A stretch of DNA of 28,941 nt from a virus (lineage: Duplodnaviria > Caudoviricetes). Of the stretch, positions 1 through 7,135 are shown piece after piece. Location of the stretch: IMG/VR virus record IMGVR_UViG_3300027732_000094, positions 1 to 28,941 of that record, one strand, 5' to 3'. Each line of letters opens with the position of its first letter. Position 1 is the stretch's first letter. The notes under the pieces are model-generated. The model was given only the letters and a program-made list of their open reading frames with translations. It had not been told where the DNA came from and made no database searches. Both the position numbers and the translations under genes were made by a program.

Positions 1-100
1 GTTCTGGATATACAGTGATACCTTTGATCTCAAAGTATCGCATAACAGCTTCATGGCTCAAACCAAAGCCACCATAACAACGATTGATCACTACTTTCAT
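1..100 (-). CDS. conserved phage hypothetical protein, partial (runs off left edge)
   Basis: Hand-translated MKVVINRCYGGFGLSHEAVMRYFEIKGITVYPE...; ATG overlaps the ligase stop (ATGA); the KVVINxCYGGFGLS start is a recurring phage protein motif. Confidence 0.7.
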   Translation of the reverse strand, partial: MKVVINRCYGGFGLSHEAVMRYFEIKGITVYPE

Positions 101-1407
101 TTTATCACCTTTGAATTATCTGCAACATCTTTATCATCACGAATTTCAATGAACACTGGGAGGAATAAAGATTCTTCTCCAGTTTTGTTCTTGATCCTAG
201 CATTATACTTCACTGCCACGATTTTGTCAACTAAATTTTCACCCCAGTACTGCTTGCGAAGTGCATCTGTAAAACCAGATCCAACATTTACCTTTACAAT
301 ACCATCTGCTGATTCGCATACAATTGCACCAAGCATGCCTACAGCTTTACCTTTACCCTCTTCAACTGCAACAATCTTCAGATCGCACTCAAGTTCTCCC
401 TTGAATTTAATTTGCGTCTTACTACGTTTGTCTTCCCAAACACCTGAACCATCTTTAAGAATAATTCCTTCAAGACCACTGGTAAGATATCCTTCAAAGA
501 GCACCTGTGCTTCATCCAGATTCTGTACGATGTCGCTAGTAACAAGCCAAATCTTTTTACCTTCTGACTTCTGTTTCTTAGTCAAGACTTCCAACGATGA
601 GAATCGTTTCGAGTATGGAGTTGGACAATAACCATCAGTGAAGTATGCGTATGGAATAACATCCCAAACAGTTGCGTGTACCAGTGCTGCTTGTTCTGCT
701 GAAATAGTACCTTTGTTTGCTTTGTTCAGAATACCATTACCAGTCTGACGATCTGCAAACTGATGGTCACCTTCAAACATTACAAGTAGTTCACCATCAA
801 ATACACAGTCAACATCACCAGCAAGTGCAGCAAACTCTTTCTCAAGATTACCAAGCAGGTGAATCTCTTTACCATTTCGACTACGGAATTCTACCTTACC
901 ACTTCTGACGATAGCGTTGAAGCGCATCCCGTCCATCTTTAGCTGTGCGTATGCTGGATACTTTATTTTGTCCACCAACTTCTGTTCGAATCCGCTGCAC
1001 AACATTACTGGATACTCTTGAATCAAGCCACTCCACACGCTGTTTGCAGTTGATACTTGGACGCCACATTTCAAATCCTTCTCAATAATTCGTTCAAGAA
1101 CCTTAGCATCATCTGGGCTAACAGCTTGTAGGATGTTAGTCAAGTGGTCAATAGCAGCGTTGCCAGTAATAACACGCTCACGCAAATCAAATAATGCTGG
1201 CAACATGGACTTCAGTGATGCTGCATGAGAAGTTGTGTTTGGAACATACTTTGGAATCTTACGTTGATAGAATTGCGTGAATGGATCAAGAGCCAGACGA
1301 ATGACTTCTCGCAATGTGTCGTTGTTTGAGTTCTTACTCAGCTGTTCAATCTTATAGTTGCGTGACGGATTGTCGGCTAGATCATTCAGGAATTCATTAA
1401 TGTTCAT
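97..1407 (-). CDS. gp30: ATP-dependent DNA ligase (T4 gp30-like)
   Basis: Motif I QLKMDGMR, motif III FDGEL, motif IV EGIILK, motif V KFK, and a C-terminal OB-fold with VGSGF and LFLPVF. Confidence 0.95.
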   Translation of the reverse strand: MNINEFLNDLADNPSRNYKIEQLSKNSNNDTLREVIRLALDPFTQFYQRKIPKYVPNTTSHAASLKSMLPALFDLRERVITGNAAIDHLTNILQAVSPDDAKVLERIIEKDLKCGVQVSTANSVWSGLIQEYPVMLCSGFEQKLVDKIKYPAYAQLKMDGMRFNAIVRSGKVEFRSRNGKEIHLLGNLEKEFAALAGDVDCVFDGELLVMFEGDHQFADRQTGNGILNKANKGTISAEQAALVHATVWDVIPYAYFTDGYCPTPYSKRFSSLEVLTKKQKSEGKKIWLVTSDIVQNLDEAQVLFEGYLTSGLEGIILKDGSGVWEDKRSKTQIKFKGELECDLKIVAVEEGKGKAVGMLGAIVCESADGIVKVNVGSGFTDALRKQYWGENLVDKIVAVKYNARIKNKTGEESLFLPVFIEIRDDKDVADNSKVIK

Positions 1408-1592
1408 TTGCGTTTCAATTCTTTAAAGGTACGATAACGTGGATCGAATCCAATTGGCTTGATAAACGTCTTCACTGTTTGTGTGTCGATGTTATAGAAT
1501 GCATACATCTTGCGTTTGTCGTCTGACAAATAATAGATGTGATTCGAGACTGGAGTTGTCCAGTCCTTTGTAGTCTCAACGAATGCTTTCAT
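1404..1592 (-). CDS. hypothetical protein
   Basis: 62-aa ORF overlapping the start/stop of its neighbours on both sides. Confidence 0.7.
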   Translation of the reverse strand: MKAFVETTKDWTTPVSNHIYYLSDDKRKMYAFYNIDTQTVKTFIKPIGFDPRYRTFKELKRK

Positions 1593-1801
1593 CAGGCGAA
1601 TGCCTTGCTAGGAAAACCAGTGGACATACCACCAGTACCAGCAACGAAACCACGAGATGTTTTTGTAGTCATTTTTGACTTAGGAATCTTTCTGGCTTTG
1701 ACAATCTGAATGTCTCCACCAGTCTTGAGGAATTTCTTCAATGCTTTTTCAGATTCAGTACGCAGTTCAGCTTTGGTCTTTGTTTTATAGAGCACGTTCA
1801 T
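1592..1801 (-). CDS. hypothetical basic protein (likely start MNVLYK at 1801)
   Basis: The ORF-track start at 1873 lies upstream of the promoter at 1832-1860; the ATG at 1801 is preceded by AAAAGGAA. Confidence 0.65.
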   Translation of the reverse strand: MNVLYKTKTKAELRTESEKALKKFLKTGGDIQIVKARKIPKSKMTTKTSRGFVAGTGGMSTGFPSKAFA

Positions 1802-1831
1802 AATCAAGTTCCTTTTCAAGTTTGTAGATAT

Positions 1832-1860
1832 ATTATACAGCAAACCTGAATTAAAGGCAA
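1832..1860 (-). promoter_or_regulatory. sigma70-type early promoter
   Basis: TTGCCT-17 nt-TATAAT on the minus strand, with a TG extended -10. Confidence 0.7.
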
Positions 1861-1930
1861 CAAATAAATGCAATGACCCTACAATCCTGAGGGGATTGTA
1901 AGTTGTTGATTTATAAGGGGATTTTAGAGG

Positions 1931-2227
1931 CTAGAGACCAGCGATAGATCCAGCTGGGGCAATCTGAATACCTGAGCCAAAGAGACGATTGTATTCGTTC
2001 TCCATCTTAAGATCAGCGTCTGCACTGGATGCAATTGAATTTGCATGCAGTTTGATCTTACCACTTGCGTATGGCATATATGGAGCCAAGCCAACTCCAA
2101 CACCCTGCTCAGTTCTCTGCATCATAATTGATGCTGGACTTTCAAGTGTGTAATCTTTATTTTGATCCATACCTTCACATTTAGAAATAATTTCTTCACC
2201 ACTAATCAATTTAAATACTTTAATCAT
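1931..2227 (-). CDS. conserved T4-like hypothetical protein (probable Sm-like beta-barrel)
   Basis: N-terminus IKVFKLISGEEII, then LAPYMPY and a C-terminal YNRLFGSGI, typical of this small T4-like family. Confidence 0.7.
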   Translation of the reverse strand: MIKVFKLISGEEIISKCEGMDQNKDYTLESPASIMMQRTEQGVGVGLAPYMPYASGKIKLHANSIASSADADLKMENEYNRLFGSGIQIAPAGSIAGL

Positions 2228-2228
2228 A

Positions 2229-2435
2229 TCATTCCTCTATAACAAGTTGTTCAATAAATTCTGCTGCCATATTCTGATCAACAAAATATCTTATGTAAAA
2301 TTTATCTGCTTCGTATAAATTTTGCGCAAGAACCATTATCTGTTTGTTCTTAAACACAGATACTTTAAGGATCCACTCACCACGTCTTACAGTGATAAAC
2401 GAGATCATGTTTTGGGTTATTTTTGCTTTCATCAT
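2229..2435 (-). CDS. hypothetical protein (likely start MMKAK)
   Basis: ORF ends 1 nt before the next gene; an ATG at 2435 follows a TAAATA late-promoter-like motif. Confidence 0.6.
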   Translation of the reverse strand: MMKAKITQNMISFITVRRGEWILKVSVFKNKQIMVLAQNLYEADKFYIRYFVDQNMAAEFIEQLVIEE

Positions 2436-2445
2436 ACAAGTATTT

Positions 2446-2468
2446 AGGGAGACCATAATAGTCTCCCT
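2446..2468. terminator. hairpin downstream of rubredoxin, possible terminator
   Basis: AGGGAGAC-7 nt-GTCTCCCT inverted repeat; the T-tract is on the plus side, so direction is uncertain. Confidence 0.45.
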
Positions 2469-2481
2469 TTTATCGTATGAT

Positions 2482-2619
2482 TTAGATCAATTCATAATCG
2501 TCTTTACCAACACCACATTCTGGACAAGTAAAGTCAGCAGGAAGTTCTTCCCACTTACCTTCTCGTTCTTCATCATGGACATGCCCACAAACTACACATA
2601 CATGTTGTTCATCCATCAT
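2482..2619 (-). CDS. rubredoxin (44-45 aa; not in ORF track)
   Basis: Hand translation MMDEQHVCVVCGHVHDEEREGKWEELPADFTCPECGVGKDDYELI: CxxCG...W..LPADF.CPECG.GK rubredoxin signature; GGAGG RBS; overlaps the rubrerythrin stop. Confidence 0.93.
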   Translation of the reverse strand: MMDEQHVCVVCGHVHDEEREGKWEELPADFTCPECGVGKDDYELI

Positions 2620-3065
2620 AGACCTCCGAGTACATCTTTGTATGCATTAGCATGGCGTTCTTCAACTTTCTTCAAAGCATTGAAACGCTTTTCTGCTTTA
2701 CGTAACAAATCACTGAATTCAGCAGCATGTCTTTCTGATTCCAGAATTTGGTGACGAGCTTCCATTGATGCAGCTAGATTACCTTCTGTCATGGCTTCAG
2801 TTTCAAACTGAGGATACATTGTAGTAAACTCATAGGTCTCTCCATCAATTGCTTTCTGTAAACATTCCTTAGTGGATGGTTTACCGATTAACAATTCAAG
2901 ATGACCCCATGCATGTTGGAGTTCTTGGTCGGCAGTTTTCCAAAAATGTTTTGCAACATCTTCGTAACCTTCTTCCATTGCAATCCTAGCGAAGTATCGA
3001 TACTTGATATGAGCCATCGATTCGCCAGCTAATGCACTCTCAAGATTTTTTATTGTTAAAGACAT
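2616..3065 (-). CDS. rubrerythrin (short ferritin-like di-iron form, no fused rubredoxin domain)
   Basis: TIKNLESALAGESMA..KYRYFA..A.EEG...A..F..TADQELQHA and AIDGETYEFTTMYPQF motifs; likely start MSLTIK at 3065 (ORF track gives 3077). Confidence 0.9.
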   Translation of the reverse strand: MSLTIKNLESALAGESMAHIKYRYFARIAMEEGYEDVAKHFWKTADQELQHAWGHLELLIGKPSTKECLQKAIDGETYEFTTMYPQFETEAMTEGNLAASMEARHQILESERHAAEFSDLLRKAEKRFNALKKVEERHANAYKDVLGGL

Positions 3066-3083
3066 ATTATTTCTCACTTATGT

Positions 3084-3581
3084 TTATAGTCTCTCAGCGA
3101 CCTTATCATATTCTTCATTAAGAAGTTCTCTCTTACCCTTCTCTTTCACTTCGATTTTCTTTGGTTTCTTGTGTTCTGGAATAATTCTTTCCAAGAATAC
3201 TTTGAGCATACCATTGAGCATCTCTGCATCCTTTACTTCAACTTGATCGTTGAGAGCAAATGAACGAGTGAAAGCACGATTGGCGATACCTTTGAATAGG
3301 TAATCAGAATCATCTTCCGTAGTGTTCCCTTTGATGATCAATTTATCACCATCAAGTTCAATATCAATATCCTGCTTACCGAATCCAGCAACAGCCATCT
3401 CGATCTGGTAATTATTCTCACCAGTTTTCTTAATGTTGTATGGAGGATAGTTAGGAATATTCTTTGTCAAATCATCATGCATCTTTGCGATGCGATTGAA
3501 CTGATCATCAAACCCAACAAAAAACTTATCAAAGTCTTTTAGATGAGCACCCCATGTCTCTGGAACAAATTTTGTAACCAT
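3084..3581 (-). CDS. hsp20: small heat shock protein Hsp20 (IbpA-like)
   Basis: NYPPYNI, EMAVAGF, YLFKGIANRAFTRSF, A...NGML..L alpha-crystallin motifs; start MVTKF at 3581 has an AGGAGA RBS. Confidence 0.95.
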   Translation of the reverse strand: MVTKFVPETWGAHLKDFDKFFVGFDDQFNRIAKMHDDLTKNIPNYPPYNIKKTGENNYQIEMAVAGFGKQDIDIELDGDKLIIKGNTTEDDSDYLFKGIANRAFTRSFALNDQVEVKDAEMLNGMLKVFLERIIPEHKKPKKIEVKEKGKRELLNEEYDKVAERL

Positions 3582-3591
3582 GTTATTCTCC

Positions 3592-3813
3592 TTATTGTTT
3601 AAATGCTTGGCGTGGATCAAATGCAAGGGCAGAAGTGCCAACTGTAGTGAAAAAATCTACAGTGGTCTTAGCCATTGTCTTAGCAAATGATTGCTGAGCA
3701 TCAATGTAAGTCTGGAGTTGGGATTTAATTTCTTCGTTTTCCACGCAGGTGTCAACGAATTTTGTTTTGATACTGCAAATAGTATCGATGGACTGATTAA
3801 TAGCTGATAACAT
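3592..3813 (-). CDS. hypothetical helical protein (possibly phasin-like)
   Basis: 73-aa ORF with an AAGGAGA RBS and an amphipathic helical pattern; family assignment tentative. Confidence 0.65.
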   Translation of the reverse strand: MLSAINQSIDTICSIKTKFVDTCVENEEIKSQLQTYIDAQQSFAKTMAKTTVDFFTTVGTSALAFDPRQAFKQ

Positions 3814-3818
3814 ATTGT

Positions 3819-3833
3819 CTCCTTTTCAGCGAG
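3819..3833 (-). promoter_or_regulatory. ROSE-like RNA thermometer hairpin sequestering the RBS
   Basis: Minus strand CUCGCU-GAAA-AGGAG: the U(U/C)GCU motif pairs with the SD leaving a bulged G, as in ROSE elements; hsp20 lies just downstream. Confidence 0.55.
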
Positions 3834-3843
3834 TAATAAAAAT

Positions 3844-3960
3844 GCTACCCCGAAGGCATAGCGGTTTTCCAGCTTACCTTATACTGGCTCGAACTTTCGT
3901 GTCGAGGGTGTAATTACACGGACGCCTTATACCGTAGCGACGAACAGCCCTAAGGTGGGA
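3844..3960 (-). ncRNA. structured intergenic RNA (manA-like candidate)
   Basis: Several stems: CCC/ACCUUA/GGG; ACGG/UAUAAGGCGU/CCGU; GUGU-AAUU-ACAC; CUCGA..GAAA..UCGAG; CCAG/UAUAAGGUAAG/CUGG; and a cUUCGg hairpin. GC-richer than its flanks. Confidence 0.6.
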
Positions 3961-3963
3961 CTC

Positions 3964-4038
3964 TTAGCGATTCATTACGTACATTGTTACTTCGAATCCG
4001 AATCGCATATCTGTTGCTGTTGGTGTTGTCCAAGCCAT
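3964..4038 (-). CDS. pqqA: pyrroloquinoline quinone precursor peptide PqqA (24 aa; not in ORF track)
   Basis: Hand translation MAWTTPTATDMRFGFEVTMYVMNR*: W-T-x-P, R-F-G-F-E-V-T-M-Y with the ExxxY core; RBS AAGGAGA 6 nt upstream of ATG. Confidence 0.95.
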   Translation of the reverse strand: MAWTTPTATDMRFGFEVTMYVMNR

Positions 4039-4104
4039 TTTATATCTCCTTAAAGTTAAGTTGTCCAAGTGGACTTATTACTTATAAGATTGTCACAGAA
4101 AACA

Positions 4105-4123
4105 CCTAATGAAAATCATTATT
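4105..4123. promoter_or_regulatory. Fur-box-like palindrome
   Basis: CCTAATGAAAATCATTATT matches the E. coli Fur consensus GATAATGATAATCATTATC at 15/19, with a perfect TAATGA-N3-TCATTA dyad. Confidence 0.4.
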
Positions 4124-4144
4124 CTTAGGTAGTTCTACATTTAT

Positions 4145-4312
4145 TTATGCAGCTGGAGCAGCTTCTTGAGCTTTCGCCATTTCAGCTACTTGTGGTTCAC
4201 CCTGAGATTTAATTTTATTAATTAGAGTAGCGATCTCTTCAAAAGGATGCTTACCCAAAGAACGAAGAATAGCATTTACTTCATCAACACTCAATTCAAG
4301 TTTAATATTCAT
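4145..4312 (-). CDS. hypothetical protein (55 aa; not in ORF track)
   Basis: MNIKLELSVDEVNAILRSLGKHPFEEIATLINKIKSQGEPQVAEMAKAQEAAPAA; ATGA overlap with the regA stop. Confidence 0.8.
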   Translation of the reverse strand: MNIKLELSVDEVNAILRSLGKHPFEEIATLINKIKSQGEPQVAEMAKAQEAAPAA

Positions 4313-4728
4313 TTTGATTTCTTTCCTATGTTATATTTTGGAACTAATTCCCACTGGTCTTTTTCTTTGTAAGAGACCACCTTAATTTGAGACAAAGATG
4401 CTTTCTGTTCTGCCTGTGTAGCAACTAGAATCTTTAGAAGTTCCCAGTCCTGAAGCAATCCAGCAATAGCATTTCTGCGCTCGATATCTCCATTAGTGAT
4501 ATTTGATTCTTTACCATCTAATGCAAATAATTCTTTGAAGTGTACAATGAAGTATCTACCCTGCTTATGTAAAATATGGCAAGATTGATACAGTTTGTTT
4601 TCTTTTCTGGAAGCGATCCCGATGCGGGTAAGAGTCTCACGGACTTTTAGAAAGTTGTCTGGCTCTGGCAGACTCACTTCAAGCATCGACTCTGGTGTCC
4701 AGTCGTAGTAAATCATTTCTACAGTCAT
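4309..4728 (-). CDS. regA: translational repressor RegA
   Basis: DNFLKVRETLTRIGIAS, LYQSCHILHKQGRYFIVHFKELFALDG; follows gp62. Confidence 0.97.
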   Translation of the reverse strand: MTVEMIYYDWTPESMLEVSLPEPDNFLKVRETLTRIGIASRKENKLYQSCHILHKQGRYFIVHFKELFALDGKESNITNGDIERRNAIAGLLQDWELLKILVATQAEQKASLSQIKVVSYKEKDQWELVPKYNIGKKSK

Positions 4729-5105
4729 TATTTTCCACCTTTAAATAATTTTTCTTTTATCATAGTCATTTGGTCATCAGATAAAATACTCAGTGCTTCA
4801 CTGGCTCTTTCTGATGAGTAACCAAAATACTCTTTTACTAGAGCCATCGATTCACTTTCGGTGTCTTTCTTAGCCCACTTACTGAATCTCTTTTTCTTTG
4901 GTATACTATTTAGGAAAAAATAAAACTGCCAGTCCTTTGGGATACTAGCATTACGATTCATCTCATTCGCATGTAGAATCGTATCGGGGAAATATGACAA
5001 CCCTCTATTCACTAGGAATGCAGAGTAATCTTTCGAAGCTAATGGATCTTCAAATAAATCTTTCTTTGTAGTGTTGATTGCATTAACAAAATCAAATGGG
5101 CTCAT
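4728..5105 (-). CDS. gp62: clamp loader small subunit
   Basis: SPFDFVNAIN..K, Y.AFLVNRGLSYFPDTI..ANEMN, KRFSKWAK; synteny with gp44 and regA. Confidence 0.93.
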   Translation of the reverse strand: MSPFDFVNAINTTKKDLFEDPLASKDYSAFLVNRGLSYFPDTILHANEMNRNASIPKDWQFYFFLNSIPKKKRFSKWAKKDTESESMALVKEYFGYSSERASEALSILSDDQMTMIKEKLFKGGK

Positions 5106-5428
5106 GATAGGAAACCGACTTCGATTAGATTCTCTTCTTTGACAGCAAACAACTTTCCAGGAAATCTTGAACGTAGTGATTTGTCCAAGTCTTCTTTAGA
5201 AGTAGCCTGAGCCAAGAATGTTTTATTCTCTTCTTCATAAACGAAGAAGGTTTCATCGTGCTTTTCAATCACAATCCGAATATAGTTATCTGGAAGGTCA
5301 TCATCTTCTTCCATCTGTTGATGGTACTCAAGAAGTTTTTGCATTTTGTGTTTTGCAATTACTTCTCTCATATGCCATCCAAACCAGATAGATAAAATCA
5401 TTGCTACTAAGAGTACAAGTATATCCAT
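5102..5428 (-). CDS. hypothetical membrane-anchored protein
   Basis: N-terminal hydrophobic helix; inserted between gp44 and gp62, overlapping the gp62 start. Confidence 0.7.
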   Translation of the reverse strand: MDILVLLVAMILSIWFGWHMREVIAKHKMQKLLEYHQQMEEDDDLPDNYIRIVIEKHDETFFVYEEENKTFLAQATSKEDLDKSLRSRFPGKLFAVKEENLIEVGFLS

Positions 5429-5435
5429 ATCGTCC

Positions 5436-6386
5436 TCACTTGAATTTACACTGAGCCATAATTTCAGTCAGTGCTGCCATAATATTTAGTTCATGGTCAG
5501 CCACAAATGCTGCTTTGTACTGATAATCAGCGAGGATTAGTACGAGTTGAGGGATACTTGCTTGGTCAATATTAGTTGATGCAGTATCATACAATTCTCG
5601 GAAGAGTGCAACTGTATCGGCATCAGAGTTCTTAGCAACCCACTTACGTGTTTCAGTGAAGTCTTTTTCTTTAAGAAGTTTTACCAAACCCTTAAATGAT
5701 TCCTGAGACATGTTGACCAGAATACCAGAATCAATCTTACCTGATACTGAATATCGTTGGAGTTCATTTAGAATCCTACGATAATCTGGAAAGTGTTTTG
5801 TGATAAGTTCAGCAACAACCTTTGGGTCAAACTCAATGGACTCTTGCTTAAGAATCTGCACTGCACGTTTAAAGAATGCAGCTGCGATCTCCTGCTTGTC
5901 TTTACTTTCGATCTTGAATTCAATCACAGCACAACGACTGTGGATTGGTTCAATGATACGATTCTTAAAGTTACAAGTCAGAATGAATCGGCAGTTGTTG
6001 GCAAACTCTTCAATGAATGCACGTAGTGCTGGTTGAGTCGAGTTGGCTTGCAGGTAATCAGCTTCATCTAGGATGACAACTTTCTTGGCATCAGTTAGAC
6101 TCACAGTTGATGCAAACCCTTTGATCTTAGTTCGGAGTGTATCAATACCTGATTCTTCCGAGCCGTTAATCATTAGATACTCTGCACCAATTTCATTACA
6201 AAGTGCTTTAGCAATTGTAGTTTTACCTACACCTGCAGTTCCTGCAAACAAAAAGTTAGGCAACTCTCCTTGAGCAATATACTCTCGGAAAGTTTGTTTA
6301 AGAGTTTCTGGAAGTACACAATCATCAATCTTTTGTGGGCGGTATTTCTCCACCCACAGGAACATCTCATCACGAGAATCAATCAT
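5436..6386 (-). CDS. gp44: clamp loader AAA+ subunit
   Basis: LWVEKYRP, Walker A GTAGVGKTT, Walker B ILDEAD, SRC motif. Confidence 0.97.
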   Translation of the reverse strand: MIDSRDEMFLWVEKYRPQKIDDCVLPETLKQTFREYIAQGELPNFLFAGTAGVGKTTIAKALCNEIGAEYLMINGSEESGIDTLRTKIKGFASTVSLTDAKKVVILDEADYLQANSTQPALRAFIEEFANNCRFILTCNFKNRIIEPIHSRCAVIEFKIESKDKQEIAAAFFKRAVQILKQESIEFDPKVVAELITKHFPDYRRILNELQRYSVSGKIDSGILVNMSQESFKGLVKLLKEKDFTETRKWVAKNSDADTVALFRELYDTASTNIDQASIPQLVLILADYQYKAAFVADHELNIMAALTEIMAQCKFK

Positions 6387-6404
6387 AATATAAGTCTCTC
6401 AAAA

Positions 6405-7064
6405 TTAAAATTCAAATGTAGAATCTGCCTCAACTGCTACGTAATAAACCAAGTCAGTGGATGGTGACTTGAAGCGAGAAATTTTCTTGCTTGAGATACT
6501 GACTGCATAATCTCCTGGAAGCATCTTCAGGTTTTCTACTTTCAAGTTTACCTTGAATGTCTTGTCAGTTGTACCGACAGATTCGCTGAACGAGTTACCA
6601 GTTGCATTCTTCTTATCACCAACAACTACAGTGATTGTGCTACCATCACCAACGATTGATACGTCGGAGGCACGAAGAACAGATGCAGTTTTGCTAATCA
6701 TATTCATCATTACAGCAGACATATTGAAGTTGATTTCTGCGTCTGGGAATGTGATTGCTTTCTGTGGTGCAGTCAAGACTGATGCGTCAGCTGCATAGAA
6801 TTTAATGTTAGAGCTACCCTGACGGATAGAAACATACTTGTCTTGGAAGTCCAGATCTGGATCATCGAACAAAGACATTGCACCCAAAAATTCATTTAGG
6901 TCATAGATGCCGAAGTCTGGGAAGGTTTCTGTGACAGTTACATCTGCCATCACGTTCTTCTGTCCAGAGATTGTGGCGAGTTTGCTACCGCTCTTCAAAA
7001 GAAGATTGCTGTTAATGCCAGCAAAGTTTTTAAATAGGGCGACTGTTTCTTTACTTAATTTCAT
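6405..7064 (-). CDS. gp45: sliding clamp
   Basis: MKLSKET...KNFAGIN, FGIYDLNEFL, NLKMLPGDY, YYVAVEADS; directly precedes gp44. Confidence 0.96.
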   Translation of the reverse strand: MKLSKETVALFKNFAGINSNLLLKSGSKLATISGQKNVMADVTVTETFPDFGIYDLNEFLGAMSLFDDPDLDFQDKYVSIRQGSSNIKFYAADASVLTAPQKAITFPDAEINFNMSAVMMNMISKTASVLRASDVSIVGDGSTITVVVGDKKNATGNSFSESVGTTDKTFKVNLKVENLKMLPGDYAVSISSKKISRFKSPSTDLVYYVAVEADSTFEF

Positions 7065-7105
7065 TTAGTTCTCCTGTTCAATGAATACATTACTATGTAT
7101 AAAAC

Positions 7106-7134
7106 ATTATACCCCAGAAAGGGGTATTTGTCAA
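7106..7134 (-). promoter_or_regulatory. consensus sigma70 promoter for the gp45 operon
   Basis: Exact TTGACA-17 nt-TATAAT; the spacer region contains the inverted repeat ATACCCC/GGGGTAT. Confidence 0.8.
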
Positions 7135-7135
7135 A

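Noticed and set aside
3844-3960. tRNA or CRISPR interpretation of the GC-rich intergenic region
   Set aside because: No cloverleaf with a T-loop and acceptor stem, and no regularly spaced direct repeats with spacers
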